From assembly GCF_049243625.1 (NCBI RefSeq), contig NZ_CP046975.1: a stretch of 32,000 nucleotides of DNA; one strand, given 5' to 3'. Of this stretch, positions 1 through 9,366 are shown one piece after another (position 1 is the first letter of the stretch; each line of letters opens with the position of its first letter). This stretch comes from Corynebacterium amycolatum (GTDB lineage: Bacteria > Actinomycetota > Actinomycetes > Mycobacteriales > Mycobacteriaceae). The notes under the pieces are model-generated. The model was not told the DNA's origin and searched no databases. It saw only the letters and a list, made by a program, of their open reading frames with translations. Made by a program: the position numbers and the translations under genes.

Positions 1-213
1 GAACAGCGTTTTCCGTAGAAAGTTGACTTGTCCCATAACTTGGTGTCGGGATACAATGGCTCGGCAATTCAAAATTACGATTAGAACTAAGAAGAGTGAC
101 ACTGCCGGACAGCGCACTTCCCTGTTTCTGAAATCGTATGGGCCTGCATTGAGCTACGCGATGACTCACAGGTCTCGTTTGGTTTGTTCCGTTTCTACAG
201 AAGGAAATTTCCT

Positions 214-630
214 ATGCTTAAGGGCTTTAAAGAGTTCATCATGCGCGGCAACGTCATCGACCTGGCGGTCGGTGTTGTCATCGGTGCTGCGTTCACCGCA
301 ATCGTCACTGCTTTCACCGAAAGCCTGCTCGAGCCGCTGCTGAACACCATCGGTGGCGCTGAGGTTACTGGCCTTGGCTTCGAAATCATCAGCGGCAACC
401 CGTCGACCTACCTTGACTTTGCAGCTGTCATCACCGCAGTAATCAACTTCCTGCTGGTCGCAGCGGTTGTCTACTTCGTCATCGTTGCTCCGATGAACAA
501 GTTCAACTCGATGCGTGAGGCTCGCCTGGAGACCTCCGCTGAGCCGGAGGTCACCGAGGCTGACCTGCTGACCGAGATTCGTGACCTGCTGGCAGAACAG
601 AACGGCAAGCCGAAGTCGGAACTGAACTAG
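214..630 (+). CDS. mscL: Large-conductance mechanosensitive channel MscL
   Basis: The ORF-track protein from the internal Met reads MLKGFKEFIMRGNVIDLAVGVVIGAAFTAIV..., the canonical MscL N-terminus and TM1. ATG at 214 is preceded by AAGGA 8 nt upstream. The 184 start would add 10 non-conserved residues. Confidence 0.9.
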   Translation: MLKGFKEFIMRGNVIDLAVGVVIGAAFTAIVTAFTESLLEPLLNTIGGAEVTGLGFEIISGNPSTYLDFAAVITAVINFLLVAAVVYFVIVAPMNKFNSMREARLETSAEPEVTEADLLTEIRDLLAEQNGKPKSELN

Positions 631-683
631 CCTCTAGCTGTTAGTTGAGACCTTCCGACAAGAAGCCAACTAACGCCTTTGCA

Positions 684-717
684 CAGCGCTCATCCCCAAT
701 GGGGTGGGCGCTGTTTT
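684..717 (+). terminator. Putative rho-independent terminator after mscL
   Basis: Imperfect GC-rich hairpin (CAGCGCTCATCCCC / GGGGTGGGCGCTG) followed by TTTT. Confidence 0.4.
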
Positions 718-908
718 GTCCAGTAGTCCGCATCAAAACCACGAGCATCCTCCGGAGATTCATCGTGATAGCGCACTGTGCGCGCGGTTTTCGCACTGCG
801 CGACTGGGCAAAGTTTTTCGCCGGTGCACCTGCGCGACGACGTTGCCTACGACTGCCACTGCGCGGCGCAGCTTGCTCGGGCTGATTGGGCTGATTGGCG
901 TCGCCCAT
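690..908 (-). CDS. Small basic hypothetical protein (72 aa), possibly translationally coupled to moaB
   Basis: The ATG lies 2 nt after the moaB TAG stop on the same strand. The protein is Arg/Lys-rich with a C-terminal DYWTKQRPPHWG. I recognise no family; competing ORFs on the other strand have no better support. Confidence 0.35.
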   Translation of the reverse strand: MGDANQPNQPEQAAPRSGSRRQRRRAGAPAKNFAQSRSAKTARTVRYHDESPEDARGFDADYWTKQRPPHWG

Positions 909-910
909 TC

Positions 911-1480
911 CTAGACGCTCCAGCGGCAGAGATCATCAAGCACATGAGAGACCAGCGGGAGGATTGTCGCCATGCCATCGCGCACTGCAGCGCGCGACTC
1001 CGCGAGATTGATAATCACCGTCTGACCGGACACACCAGCCAACCCGCGTGACAGCCCCGCATCCAAGGCGCCGGCTCCCATACCGGAGTTACGAATAGCC
1101 TGCTCAATGCCCTGCAGTCGTACATCGAGAACTTTGCGAGTGGCATCCGGGGTCTTCGCACGAGGCCCAACGCCAACGCCTCCCACCGTGACGACCAAAT
1201 CCGCGCCACCAACAACAGCGGTATCGAGCGCCTTCCGGATCTCACGCTTCACTGCACCCGTACTGACCACAGCATCGACCGAGTAGCCGTCTTCTTCCAA
1301 CAGCTCAACCATGAGCGAAGCCGCAGCATCCGGGTTCTCGAAATGATCGCCCACGAGGACTACAAACGCATTTCGGACCTGGCCGTCGTCGTTGATAAGA
1401 CGCTCCATCTCAGCGAGGTTAACGTCACTTGGCTCAGTACTCACAGTTTCACTCATCTGCTCTAACTCGCTTTCTCCCAC
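911..1480 (-). CDS. moaB: Molybdenum cofactor biosynthesis protein, MoaB/MogA family
   Basis: MoaB-like core (...DLVVTVGGVGVGPRAKTPDATRKVL...GLSRGLAGVSGQTVIINLAESRAAVRDG...). The start is ambiguous: GTG at 1480 or ATG at 1456. Confidence 0.8.
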   Translation of the reverse strand: MGESELEQMSETVSTEPSDVNLAEMERLINDDGQVRNAFVVLVGDHFENPDAAASLMVELLEEDGYSVDAVVSTGAVKREIRKALDTAVVGGADLVVTVGGVGVGPRAKTPDATRKVLDVRLQGIEQAIRNSGMGAGALDAGLSRGLAGVSGQTVIINLAESRAAVRDGMATILPLVSHVLDDLCRWSV

Positions 1481-1550
1481 AGCTCTACACTCGAAGTTTC
1501 ACTCGAAAATCTTTTACAGATGGTGAGCTACTACTCCACCACGCTGCTTA

Positions 1551-2870
1551 TCAATCCTGGGCTTCTGCCAAGGTGACATCGACTGTTCGCTCGTTGCCGC
1601 CTCGCTCATCTGTAACTGTAAGTGTGACAGAATCCCCGATCCGATGCGAGCGGATAGCCGCAATTAGTGCAACGCCGTTGTCAAGTGTGCGGTCATCAAC
1701 CTTGGTAATCAGGTCACCGTCTTTCAGTCCCGCTTTGTCAGCTGGGCCGCCTGGCGTTACCTCCCGCACCAGTGCACCACGTGCAATCGGACGCGAATCA
1801 ATCTGGGCACCAATGACAGGCATCCGGGCCTTACCGGAATCAATCAGGTCTTCCGCTATGCGACGAGCCTGATTAACCGGAATAGCGAAACCAAGGCCAA
1901 TGCTGCCCGCTTGCTCCGATCCCGCACTGTTAGAGGCAATCACGCTGGGCACACCGATAAGGTTGCCTTCCATATCCACTAGCGCTCCACCGGAGTTACC
2001 CGGATTAATCGCCGCGTCGGTCTGGATTGCATCAATGACCGAGGACTGACCGTCTTCACCCGCGGCGGTGACCGGACGATTCTTAGCGGAGACAATGCCC
2101 TGCGTAACGGTGGAGGTCAGTCCCAGTGGCGAGCCAACGGCCACCACTTCCTGGCCAACCTGGACCTGCGAGGAATTGCCCAGTGAAATTGGGCGCAGCC
2201 CGTTGACACCTTCAATTCGAATAACGGCGATATCAGTAGCTGCATCCCCTGCAACCAGAGTTGCCGGGTGCGTCGTGCCGTCGGCCAGCAAGACTTCCAT
2301 TTGTGCGTCCGGGCCCGCGCCTGCGACGACGTGATTATTCGTCAGGACCAGACCGTCGGACGACAGAATGGAGCCTGACCCCGACGCCGTGCCCCGCTCC
2401 GAGGCAGTGGTGATGGAGACGACACTGGGAAGGACCTTCTGCGCGACCTTCTCCACGGACCCCTCAGCTGCTGCTACCTGGCGGGTTTCCGCAGGCTTAT
2501 CCAGCGCGTTGTCCGCGGGGACCGACGACTGCGAGTTGTGAACTACCCATGCGCCGACACCGCCACCAATACCGGCCGAGCACAGCATCAGGGCAGCGAC
2601 TGCCAGCGCCCCCATGCCCTTAGCCCCCTGGGCACCCTTGGTCTTCTGCTGATTGGCCGGAACGTCCCACTCTGAACCGCCTCCGTAAGCGCCGTTCGGC
2701 TGAGACGGGATGGTGTTGTAGTGGGAATTCTCCCAGCCGCGCTCATTGACAGAAAACTGGCTTGTCTCACCAGCATCCCCCATGGCACGGTTCTCGCTGA
2801 AGTTGTGAGACTGCGAGGAGTAGTGTCCCCGCTCATCTCCTCGCGAGGAATCGTTGAAAGAGTTGCTCAT
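1551..2870 (-). CDS. pepD: HtrA/PepD-family membrane-anchored serine protease with C-terminal PDZ domain
   Basis: Trypsin-like triad context (LTNNHVV, DIAVIRI, NPGNSGGALV), one TM segment (ALAVAALMLCSAGIGGGVGAWVV) and a PDZ-like tail. It sits downstream of mprAB as in mycobacteria and corynebacteria. I prefer the start at Met-11 of the track ORF (2870); 2900 is the alternative. Confidence 0.85.
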   Translation of the reverse strand: MSNSFNDSSRGDERGHYSSQSHNFSENRAMGDAGETSQFSVNERGWENSHYNTIPSQPNGAYGGGSEWDVPANQQKTKGAQGAKGMGALAVAALMLCSAGIGGGVGAWVVHNSQSSVPADNALDKPAETRQVAAAEGSVEKVAQKVLPSVVSITTASERGTASGSGSILSSDGLVLTNNHVVAGAGPDAQMEVLLADGTTHPATLVAGDAATDIAVIRIEGVNGLRPISLGNSSQVQVGQEVVAVGSPLGLTSTVTQGIVSAKNRPVTAAGEDGQSSVIDAIQTDAAINPGNSGGALVDMEGNLIGVPSVIASNSAGSEQAGSIGLGFAIPVNQARRIAEDLIDSGKARMPVIGAQIDSRPIARGALVREVTPGGPADKAGLKDGDLITKVDDRTLDNGVALIAAIRSHRIGDSVTLTVTDERGGNERTVDVTLAEAQD

Positions 2871-3028
2871 ACGTAATACCTTGCACTGTCTGTCTAACAA
2901 TTGGCTGAGAGCAGTCTGCAGTCTCGCCGAAAATTCCCCGAATGAAACACCGAATCCCCGCCACGCACTTCCTTAAAAGGCCGCACGCAGCGGGGATTAC
3001 ATCGACTTTGACGTGAGGATATGCGTTT

Positions 3029-4588
3029 CTAGCTAGGCTCTTGAGCTGAATCGGAGTCTTCATCTCTCCCGCTGTACGGGCTGCCCGGCAGCGTCACCCG
3101 CATCAAAGCACCGCCATCGTCGGATTCATCGGCAGTAATCGTGCCCCCGTGGCGGACGATGACTGACTTCACAATGGCCAACCCCAGGCCGGATCCAGGC
3201 ATAGACCGTGACTGAATGGAACGGTAGAACCGCTCGAAGACCTTGTGACGATCTTCCTTCGGGATACCCGGCCCCGAGTCCGCCACCGTGAATTCAGCGA
3301 CAACCTCGCTGAGTGGCGTCAGACGAACCCGCACGGTGCCATTTTCTGGCGACCACTTTGCAGCGTTGTCCATCAAGTTCAAAACTGCCCGGCCAAGCCC
3401 CGCCGGATCCCCGTAGACATACCACGGAGTGGTCTGCACGTCGAAAGTGATATCCGGCCGACGACGTTCAACACGCGCTAACGACGTGGAAATGATTTCA
3501 TCGACATCGACATGTTCAATAACCTGTTGCGGCCCATCTTCGCGTGCCAAATCGACGAGGTCACCAACCAATGTCGACAACTCTTCCAGCTGTGCGATGA
3601 CGTCAGCTTCCAGATCCGCGCGATCCGCATCCGAGATTGCCGCTCCCGAGCGGGAGGCCATCATCAGCAGTTCAATATTTGTGCGTAACGACGTCAGCGG
3701 GGTCTTCAACTCATGACCAGCATCTGCAACCAGCTCCGCCTGCTTAATGCGCGACGCTTGAAGTGCAGCCAACATCTCATTGAAGCTGCGGGTAAAGCGC
3801 GCAAGCTCATCGTCGCCCTCCACAGGGATTGGGCGCAGCTCATCGGTCTCCGTTACTCGCTCCGCGGCAATGCGCAACCGAGTGACCGGACGCAGACCCG
3901 TTGTTGCCACCGTAATACCTGATCCGATGGCGAAGAGAATTCCGATTGCAGAAATACTCAGCAGCACTGCACCGAGCGATTTCAAGACCGACTGCGTCGA
4001 GTTCAAGTCCTGCGAGAGAATCAGCGTCGCACCATCTTCGGCGCGGACGGCATATACACGACGGCCGTTGTACTCATCGGTACGAATCGATTCCTGGCGA
4101 TTCCCTCGCAACACTGCGAGTTCCGGACCACCAATAGAGATTGAGCCACCGCCCTTACCCGCCACACTGCCGTGGGCAAAGTACACCGCATCCAAATCGG
4201 GGTTCAGAATCCTGTTTGAGTCCGCCTCAAAAGAGGGACCAATGGCAAACTCCGACGCATACGGGGACATAAGCAGTTTTTCCGCCTGGCTACGGAGGTT
4301 ACTATCCACTTCGCGGTACAGCGTTGCCTGCACAGTAAAAAACGCAGCCAACGTCATCAGCCCCACAGACATCGCCACAATGAGCGCCGTCAAAATGGTC
4401 AGCCGCCAACGCAGTGAAGGGATACGCGAACTCCGGGGCAGATCAACGAGGGACTCCCCTACCGTCCTCTCAGCATCCGCGGACTTCTCTTGCTTTTCAC
4501 CGGCACCTTGTCCCGGGGTGACCTCGGTGGCGGAACGCTGATCTGATTGCACGCCACCGCCGGTCAAACGACGACGGCGCAACATCAC
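3029..4588 (-). CDS. mprB: Two-component sensor histidine kinase (MprB / CgtS2-like)
   Basis: Two TM segments, a HAMP region, H-box [11 protein letters not shown]-box [10 protein letters not shown] and G-boxes DSGPGIP / GSGLGLAIV. The start overlaps the mprA stop (GTGATG context). Confidence 0.85.
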   Translation of the reverse strand: MMLRRRRLTGGGVQSDQRSATEVTPGQGAGEKQEKSADAERTVGESLVDLPRSSRIPSLRWRLTILTALIVAMSVGLMTLAAFFTVQATLYREVDSNLRSQAEKLLMSPYASEFAIGPSFEADSNRILNPDLDAVYFAHGSVAGKGGGSISIGGPELAVLRGNRQESIRTDEYNGRRVYAVRAEDGATLILSQDLNSTQSVLKSLGAVLLSISAIGILFAIGSGITVATTGLRPVTRLRIAAERVTETDELRPIPVEGDDELARFTRSFNEMLAALQASRIKQAELVADAGHELKTPLTSLRTNIELLMMASRSGAAISDADRADLEADVIAQLEELSTLVGDLVDLAREDGPQQVIEHVDVDEIISTSLARVERRRPDITFDVQTTPWYVYGDPAGLGRAVLNLMDNAAKWSPENGTVRVRLTPLSEVVAEFTVADSGPGIPKEDRHKVFERFYRSIQSRSMPGSGLGLAIVKSVIVRHGGTITADESDDGGALMRVTLPGSPYSGRDEDSDSAQEPS

Positions 4589-5277
4589 GGTGCGGTCTCC
4601 CGCATCACATAACCGACACCACGCACAGTGTGAATCAGACGCGGCTCTCCCTCTGCCTCAGTCTTGCGACGCAGGTAGCCAATGTAGACCTCAAGCGCAT
4701 TTCCGGACGTCGGGAAGTCATACCCCCAGACGTCCTCCAAAATGGCGGTACGGGAGAGTACACGCCGAGGGTTGCTCATCAGCAATTCCAGCAGCGCAAA
4801 TTCTGTACGAGTGAGACTAATGCGGCGTTCACCGCGGAAGACCTCACGAGTTTCCGGGTCCAAGGAGAGATCCTCAAACTGCAGAGTTGCGGCATCTTCC
4901 ATCGCAGGCACTTCCAAAGCAGAACGACGAAGGAGTGAACGCACACGAGCGAGTAGCTCTTCCAATGCGAAAGGCTTAGGCAGGTAGTCGTCTGCGCCGG
5001 CATCAAGACCAGCTACGCGCTCGGAGACCGAATCACGTGCAGTCAACATCATGACCGGCAAATCATCGCCTTCGCTGCGAAGCCGACGGCAAACATCGAG
5101 GCCGTCGAGCTTCGGCATCATGACATCCAGAATGGCTAAATCCGGACGATCCTTGGCGATCTTTTCCAAGGCCTCTGCGCCATCCTCAGCGAGCTCGACC
5201 GTGTAGCCATTAAAAGTCAACGATCGCCGCAACGCTTCGCGTACCGCTTGATCGTCATCAACTACCAAAATCTTCAT
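4585..5277 (-). CDS. mprA: OmpR-family response regulator (MprA / CgtR2-like)
   Basis: MKILVVDDD... receiver domain with DVMMPKLDG and a winged-helix C-terminus ([13 protein letters not shown]). Start is the ATG at 5277 (or 5286). The track extension to 5379 runs into the promoter region. Confidence 0.9.
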   Translation of the reverse strand: MKILVVDDDQAVREALRRSLTFNGYTVELAEDGAEALEKIAKDRPDLAILDVMMPKLDGLDVCRRLRSEGDDLPVMMLTARDSVSERVAGLDAGADDYLPKPFALEELLARVRSLLRRSALEVPAMEDAATLQFEDLSLDPETREVFRGERRISLTRTEFALLELLMSNPRRVLSRTAILEDVWGYDFPTSGNALEVYIGYLRRKTEAEGEPRLIHTVRGVGYVMRETAP

Positions 5278-5368
5278 ACTGCCCATTGTGCCTTGAAAAT
5301 ATAAGGTGAGTGTAAATGTGACACAGATTCTTCGTGAGAGAGCTCGCAAAAACTGGGCCATACAACTG

Positions 5369-5410
5369 AAAAACCTCACCCCATCGCCAAGTACAAGCGA
5401 TGGGGTGAGG
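5369..5410 (-). terminator. Rho-independent terminator of the rpmE2-rpmF unit
   Basis: Perfect 14-bp stem CCTCACCCCATCGC / GCGATGGGGTGAGG (5374-5410) with an 8-nt loop, followed on the minus strand by TTTTT (5369-5373). Confidence 0.65.
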
Positions 5411-5516
5411 TTAAAAGCTCTTTATCAACCGTTCCTTACGCACTGAACGCACTCTGCACGCTCAAAGCGCTCTGGGATTCAGCGAGGAACGATGTCAGCA
5501 TCCTTAAAGATGCGCG

Positions 5517-5690
5517 TTAGAACTTCTCGACGTCAACCAGGCCGAGCTGAACAGCCTTGGCGATGCGACGAGGAACGTTGTAGACGCGGCCGTTTACCTT
5601 GACTTCCTGGAGAGCGACGTTGTTGCTCTTCCACTGGGAACGGCGGGCGCGGGTGTTAGCTCGCGACATGCGACGCTTTGGTACTGCCAT
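5517..5690 (-). CDS. rpmF: 50S ribosomal protein L32 (no Cys, zinc-ribbon-less form)
   Basis: Not in the ORF track (57 aa). My translation is [57 protein letters not shown], which has the canonical L32 N-terminus MAVPKRRxS. Confidence 0.9.
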   Translation of the reverse strand: MAVPKRRMSRANTRARRSQWKSNNVALQEVKVNGRVYNVPRRIAKAVQLGLVDVEKF

Positions 5691-5711
5691 TTTCTTATTC
5701 CCCTCCTATTC

Positions 5712-5978
5712 TTAGTTCTTCTTCGCGCGGCGAATGCGGTTACCGTAACGACGCTGGAACTTCTCGACGCGACCAGCGGTGTCCATGACACGCTGAGCAC
5801 CGGTCCAGAACGGGTGCGACTCGCTGGTGACGTCAACGACGATCAGCGGGTACTCGTTACCGTCTTCCCACTCGACAGTGCGGTCGGAGGTGGCGGTGGA
5901 ACGGGTAAGGAAAGAGTGACCCGTGCCTGCGTCCTTGAAAACCACCGGGTGGTAATCAGGATGGATGTCCTTCTTCAT
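5712..5978 (-). CDS. rpmE2: 50S ribosomal protein L31 type B (no CxxC motifs)
   Basis: [14 protein letters not shown]...SHPFWTG...[11 protein letters not shown]. It is 88 aa with no cysteine, as in type B L31. Confidence 0.9.
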   Translation of the reverse strand: MKKDIHPDYHPVVFKDAGTGHSFLTRSTATSDRTVEWEDGNEYPLIVVDVTSESHPFWTGAQRVMDTAGRVEKFQRRYGNRIRRAKKN

Positions 5979-6453
5979 TAATTCTCGTTTCCCTCAGGAT
6001 TGAACTTCAGGTCGCTTTCACCCAGCTAACAGCGGGAGAATCGTGCCTGAGTTGGGTACGAACACGACTTACAATGACACGCACCAGGTCAATATTTCTA
6101 CAAACCGGCATGTGACACTCGATGGAATATTACAGGCTCGAGCCCAAAAATTAAAAAAAGGACTCTGCGCTAACGCCCGTCGACAGGCGGGCGCCCGTCA
6201 ACAAGCACGAACTCTATGACGACATTAGAGATTTGCACCAAGAAAACCACAGTGGAACAGCGATTAGGTTATCCCGCAACTCGTGTGTAAACTGTTCTCT
6301 CGCTGTTGTCTAGTTATTCGTTTACGCGCTCAGCGTCGAGTGTCAATGGGCAGCGCCCCGGAAAAGGCCAGGTGGAATCCTCGGTTACTCAATAATCCGG
6401 CGTGGCGCACCAGTGATGTCGGCATTGGGCGGCAAGGAAGCAAAGGAATCCCT

Positions 6454-6690
6454 ATGTCGGCGATTTGCCAGGTTACGGGACGCAAGCCGTCTTTCGGCAA
6501 GACCGTGTCCCACTCCCACCGGCGCACGTCGCGCCGTTGGAACCCCAACGTGCAGCGTAAGAAGTTCTACCTCGCCTCTGAGGGGCGTCACATCACTCTG
6601 AATGTGTCCCCGAAGGGTCTGAAGACCATCGACAAGTACGGTATCGAAGCTGTTGTTGCTCAGATTCGTGCACGTGGGGAGAAGATCTAA
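6454..6690 (+). CDS. rpmB: 50S ribosomal protein L28
   Basis: [38 protein letters not shown]... is the L28 signature. ATG at 6454 follows AAAGGAA. The track extension back to 6283 is not supported. Confidence 0.9.
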   Translation: MSAICQVTGRKPSFGKTVSHSHRRTSRRWNPNVQRKKFYLASEGRHITLNVSPKGLKTIDKYGIEAVVAQIRARGEKI

Positions 6691-6692
6691 AA

Positions 6693-6857
6693 ATGGCACG
6701 TAATGACATTCGTCCAATCATCAAGCTGAAGTCCACTGCGGGCACCGGTTACACCTACGTGACCCGTAAGAACAAGCGCAATACCCCGGACCGTATCACC
6801 ATTAAGAAGTACGATCCGGTTGTCCGCAAGCACGTCGAATTCCGCGAGGAGCGCTAA
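6693..6857 (+). CDS. rpmG: 50S ribosomal protein L33 (Cys-less form)
   Basis: Not in the ORF track (54 aa). My translation is [54 protein letters not shown]. It starts 2 nt after the rpmB stop. Confidence 0.9.
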   Translation: MARNDIRPIIKLKSTAGTGYTYVTRKNKRNTPDRITIKKYDPVVRKHVEFREER

Positions 6858-6860
6858 CTC

Positions 6861-7166
6861 ATGGCTAAGAAGTCCAAGATTGCCAAGAACGAGCAGCGCA
6901 AGGAAATCGTCGCTCGTTATGCAGAACGTCGCGCTGAACTGAAGCGCATCATCAAGTCCCCGCACTCCACTGACGAAGAGCGCATGGACGCACAGTACGA
7001 GCTGAACCGTCAGCCGCGTGACGCGTCCCCGATTCGCGTTCGCAACCGTGACGCTGCAGATGGTCGCCCGCGTGGCTACCTCCGCAAGTTCGGCCTGTCC
7101 CGTGTCCGCGTTCGTGAGATGGCCCACCGTGGCGAACTCCCGGGCGTCCGTAAGTCCAGCTGGTAA
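6861..7166 (+). CDS. rpsN: 30S ribosomal protein S14, long 101-aa Cys-less form
   Basis: [28 protein letters not shown]...[27 protein letters not shown] is the canonical S14 C-terminus, with no cysteine. Confidence 0.9.
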   Translation: MAKKSKIAKNEQRKEIVARYAERRAELKRIIKSPHSTDEERMDAQYELNRQPRDASPIRVRNRDAADGRPRGYLRKFGLSRVRVREMAHRGELPGVRKSSW

Positions 7167-7180
7167 GTCGAGGAGCACCA

Positions 7181-7432
7181 ATGAAGCGCAATCACTCTAA
7201 CAAGAAGGCGCGGATGGAGCAGTCCCGCCGCCCGAAGAAGAACCCACTCAAGGCCGCAGGCGTTGAGAAGGTTGATTACAAGGACATTAACCTGCTCCGC
7301 CAGTTCATCTCTGACCGTGGCAAGATTCGTTCTCGCCGCGTCACCGGTCTGACTCCGCAGCAGCAGCGCCAGGTCGCTACCGCTGTGAAGAACGCCCGCG
7401 AGATGGCACTCCTGCCGTTCACCAGCCGCTAA
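7181..7432 (+). CDS. rpsR: 30S ribosomal protein S18 (Cys-less form)
   Basis: ...[50 protein letters not shown] is the S18 signature. Confidence 0.9.
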   Translation: MKRNHSNKKARMEQSRRPKKNPLKAAGVEKVDYKDINLLRQFISDRGKIRSRRVTGLTPQQQRQVATAVKNAREMALLPFTSR

Positions 7433-7525
7433 AGATGGCTGGTCGGCGGGAGCCGATCATTCGAATACCCGCCGAAAGGCCTTATTTACGCGCTGGCCGC
7501 ATGACGATACATGCGATAACAGCGT

Positions 7526-7577
7526 AAAACGGACTCAGTCCTTCCCCACCGAGGGGATTGGATTGGGTCCGTTTTTT
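7526..7577 (+). terminator. Rho-independent terminator of the rpmB-rpmG-rpsN-rpsR operon
   Basis: AAAACGGAC ... GTCCGTTTTTT outer stem with an inner CCCCACCGAGGGG hairpin and a T6 tail. Confidence 0.6.
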
Positions 7578-7597
7578 ATTGTCTAAAATATGCACTT

Positions 7598-8533
7598 ATG
7601 CCCGCTCTCACCGAAATATTCACCGGCTTTGGTTCCGTCGCAGTACTGATCATTGTTGGCTGGCTGTTTGGGCGCAGTGAGATCGTCGATAAGCGGGCAT
7701 CTTTTACCCTGAACATGATCGTGTTCTGGATCGCGATGCCGTGCATGCTCGCGCACACGCTCGCGACGGCGGATTCGGCGAACATCTTCGGTTCGGCGTT
7801 TGGTGTCGCGGCACTGTCTGCCTTGACCACGGCGGCGTGCTACCGAATCTTTGTGGCACCCATGTTCAAACAGCGCAGCGCTGATGCTGTGGTCGGCGCG
7901 ATGTCGTCGAGTTACAACAACGTCGCTAATCTCGGTGTGCCCATCGCGGTCGCGGTGCTTCACGACGCTACCGCCGTCGTCCCGGCCCTTATTTTTCAGA
8001 TTGCTTTTTATGCGCCCGCTTCCATGACGGTGCTGGAGATCCTCACTAACCGCGGCCGCTTTCGACCCCGCAATGTCATCATGGCTCCGCTGAAAAATCC
8101 TATTTTTCTGGCTGCGATGGTGGGGCTTGCGATTAATGCGTTTGCTATCGAAGTACCTCAGTTCGTGGCACATCCGGTGGGGCTATTGGGGCAGGCGGCG
8201 GTGCCTATGGCACTTCTGGCCTTCGGTATCAGCCTGCATGGTATGCCGTTTATGGAAGCAGGCCACTCCCCTCGTCGCGCCGTCGTAGTGGCGTCGACTC
8301 TGAAGCTTTTCCTCCACCCAGCGTTCGCTCTGCTGTTCGGCCATTTCGTCTTTGGACTCAGCGGGCATGCGCTGCTGGCAGCCGTGATTATCGCCGGTTT
8401 GCCGACTGCTCAAAATGTCTACACATTCGCGTCCCGCTTCGGCCGGAACCTTGAGCAGGCACGCGATTGTGGCGTGATTACGACAATCGCCTGCTTGCCG
8501 ACGGTTCTGCTGTTCACCCTGCTGCTGAGTTAG
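7598..8533 (+). CDS. AEC (auxin efflux carrier) family membrane transporter
   Basis: 311 aa and polytopic. The N-terminus (...GFGSVAVLIIVGWLFGR...) and overall layout resemble the AEC/membrane transport protein family. The assignment is by eye only. Confidence 0.7.
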   Translation: MPALTEIFTGFGSVAVLIIVGWLFGRSEIVDKRASFTLNMIVFWIAMPCMLAHTLATADSANIFGSAFGVAALSALTTAACYRIFVAPMFKQRSADAVVGAMSSSYNNVANLGVPIAVAVLHDATAVVPALIFQIAFYAPASMTVLEILTNRGRFRPRNVIMAPLKNPIFLAAMVGLAINAFAIEVPQFVAHPVGLLGQAAVPMALLAFGISLHGMPFMEAGHSPRRAVVVASTLKLFLHPAFALLFGHFVFGLSGHALLAAVIIAGLPTAQNVYTFASRFGRNLEQARDCGVITTIACLPTVLLFTLLLS

Positions 8534-8587
8534 GAGGCTAGGTCTTCACGCCGACGGCATCGCGCAATTCTCGTTACCCTTGGGGAC

Positions 8588-9313
8588 GTGGAGATTCTGA
8601 AGACACTTCTCGAGGCCGACCCATCGGTGCCTCGTTTGACCTGTTATGACGAAACTACTGGCGGTCGTACCGATTTGTCGGCGCAGACCCTGGACAATTG
8701 GGCCTGCAAGATTGCCAACATGTTGCACGATGAGTTCGACCTCGTCGCCGGGGACCAGGCATGGATTGATCTACCACTAATCTGGCAGTCCGCCTGTATC
8801 ATTCTTGGCTGCGAGCGCGCTGGCGTCACCGTTAGTGATGAGGAGCCGCTGGTTGTTTTCACCACCGTCACTAACGTCAGCACGTGGGAAGAGAAGTTCC
8901 CAGACGCCTATATCGCAGTGCTTACCGACGATCCCTTTGGCCGCGGTGTCGTGGAATGTGGTGATGATATTCCACCGGGAGTCATTGACTTCGGTCCGGA
9001 AGTTCGTTTCCACCCAGACGCATATCTAGGCGCAGGCCCGGACTCCGACCAAACCCCCGTTATTGGGGAGAAGTCGGCTGCAGAACTGCTTTCATCAGCT
9101 GGCGATTACGCGGACGAGATGCAGCTCACGCCCGGTTCCCGCGTCGTTTCCGACGGCTGGCTGGTGCCTGATTCTTCACAGGTCAGCGGAGATAGATGGG
9201 CGCGTAATGTGCTGTCGGCTTGGGTTCAGGGCGGTGCTGCCGTCGTCGTGCGCGGCGGCGATACCGAGCGTGTCGCTGCTATTTCTACGGCCGAAAAAGC
9301 CCGTGTGATTTAA
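8588..9313 (+). CDS. Actinobacterial conserved hypothetical with weak resemblance to the N-terminal part of adenylate-forming enzymes (TIGR03089-like, from memory)
   Basis: GTG start, 241 aa. ...RLTCYDETTGGRTDLSAQTLDNWACKIANMLHDEFDLVAGD... resembles the substrate-side region of AMP-binding enzymes but lacks the AMP motifs. The family name is recalled, not searched. Confidence 0.5.
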   Translation: MEILKTLLEADPSVPRLTCYDETTGGRTDLSAQTLDNWACKIANMLHDEFDLVAGDQAWIDLPLIWQSACIILGCERAGVTVSDEEPLVVFTTVTNVSTWEEKFPDAYIAVLTDDPFGRGVVECGDDIPPGVIDFGPEVRFHPDAYLGAGPDSDQTPVIGEKSAAELLSSAGDYADEMQLTPGSRVVSDGWLVPDSSQVSGDRWARNVLSAWVQGGAAVVVRGGDTERVAAISTAEKARVI

Positions 9314-9366
9314 TCACATCCCCTCCGACGAGAGGCGCTCTCGGCAGGCGCGATAATCTGGAAATT

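Noticed and set aside
641-1051. Plus-strand ORFs 645-914 and 704-1051 and minus-strand ORF 641-859
   Set aside because: They overlap the mscL terminator or run antisense into moaB. They have no RBS or family signal. Only the moaB-coupled minus-strand frame 690-908 was kept, at low confidence.
5278-5379. LYFQG (TEV-protease-site-like) followed by TMGS in the ORF-track extension upstream of mprA, which might suggest an engineered tag
   Set aside because: No His-tag or vector sequence is present. The stretch is the AT-rich promoter region (TATATT) read in frame, so this is coincidence.
5979-6453. Search for a Zur box in the rpmE2/rpmB divergent spacer
   Set aside because: I found only short AATATT-type elements and an imperfect GC hairpin at about 6176-6199, and no A/T-rich 8-10-bp-arm palindrome. 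A matrix scan is still needed, so absence is not proven.
9220-9366. N-terminal extension of the GltS-like ORF
   Set aside because: It overlaps the 3' end of the upstream gene and encodes Arg/Cys-rich sequence. The hydrophobic anchor begins right after the GTG at 9367.
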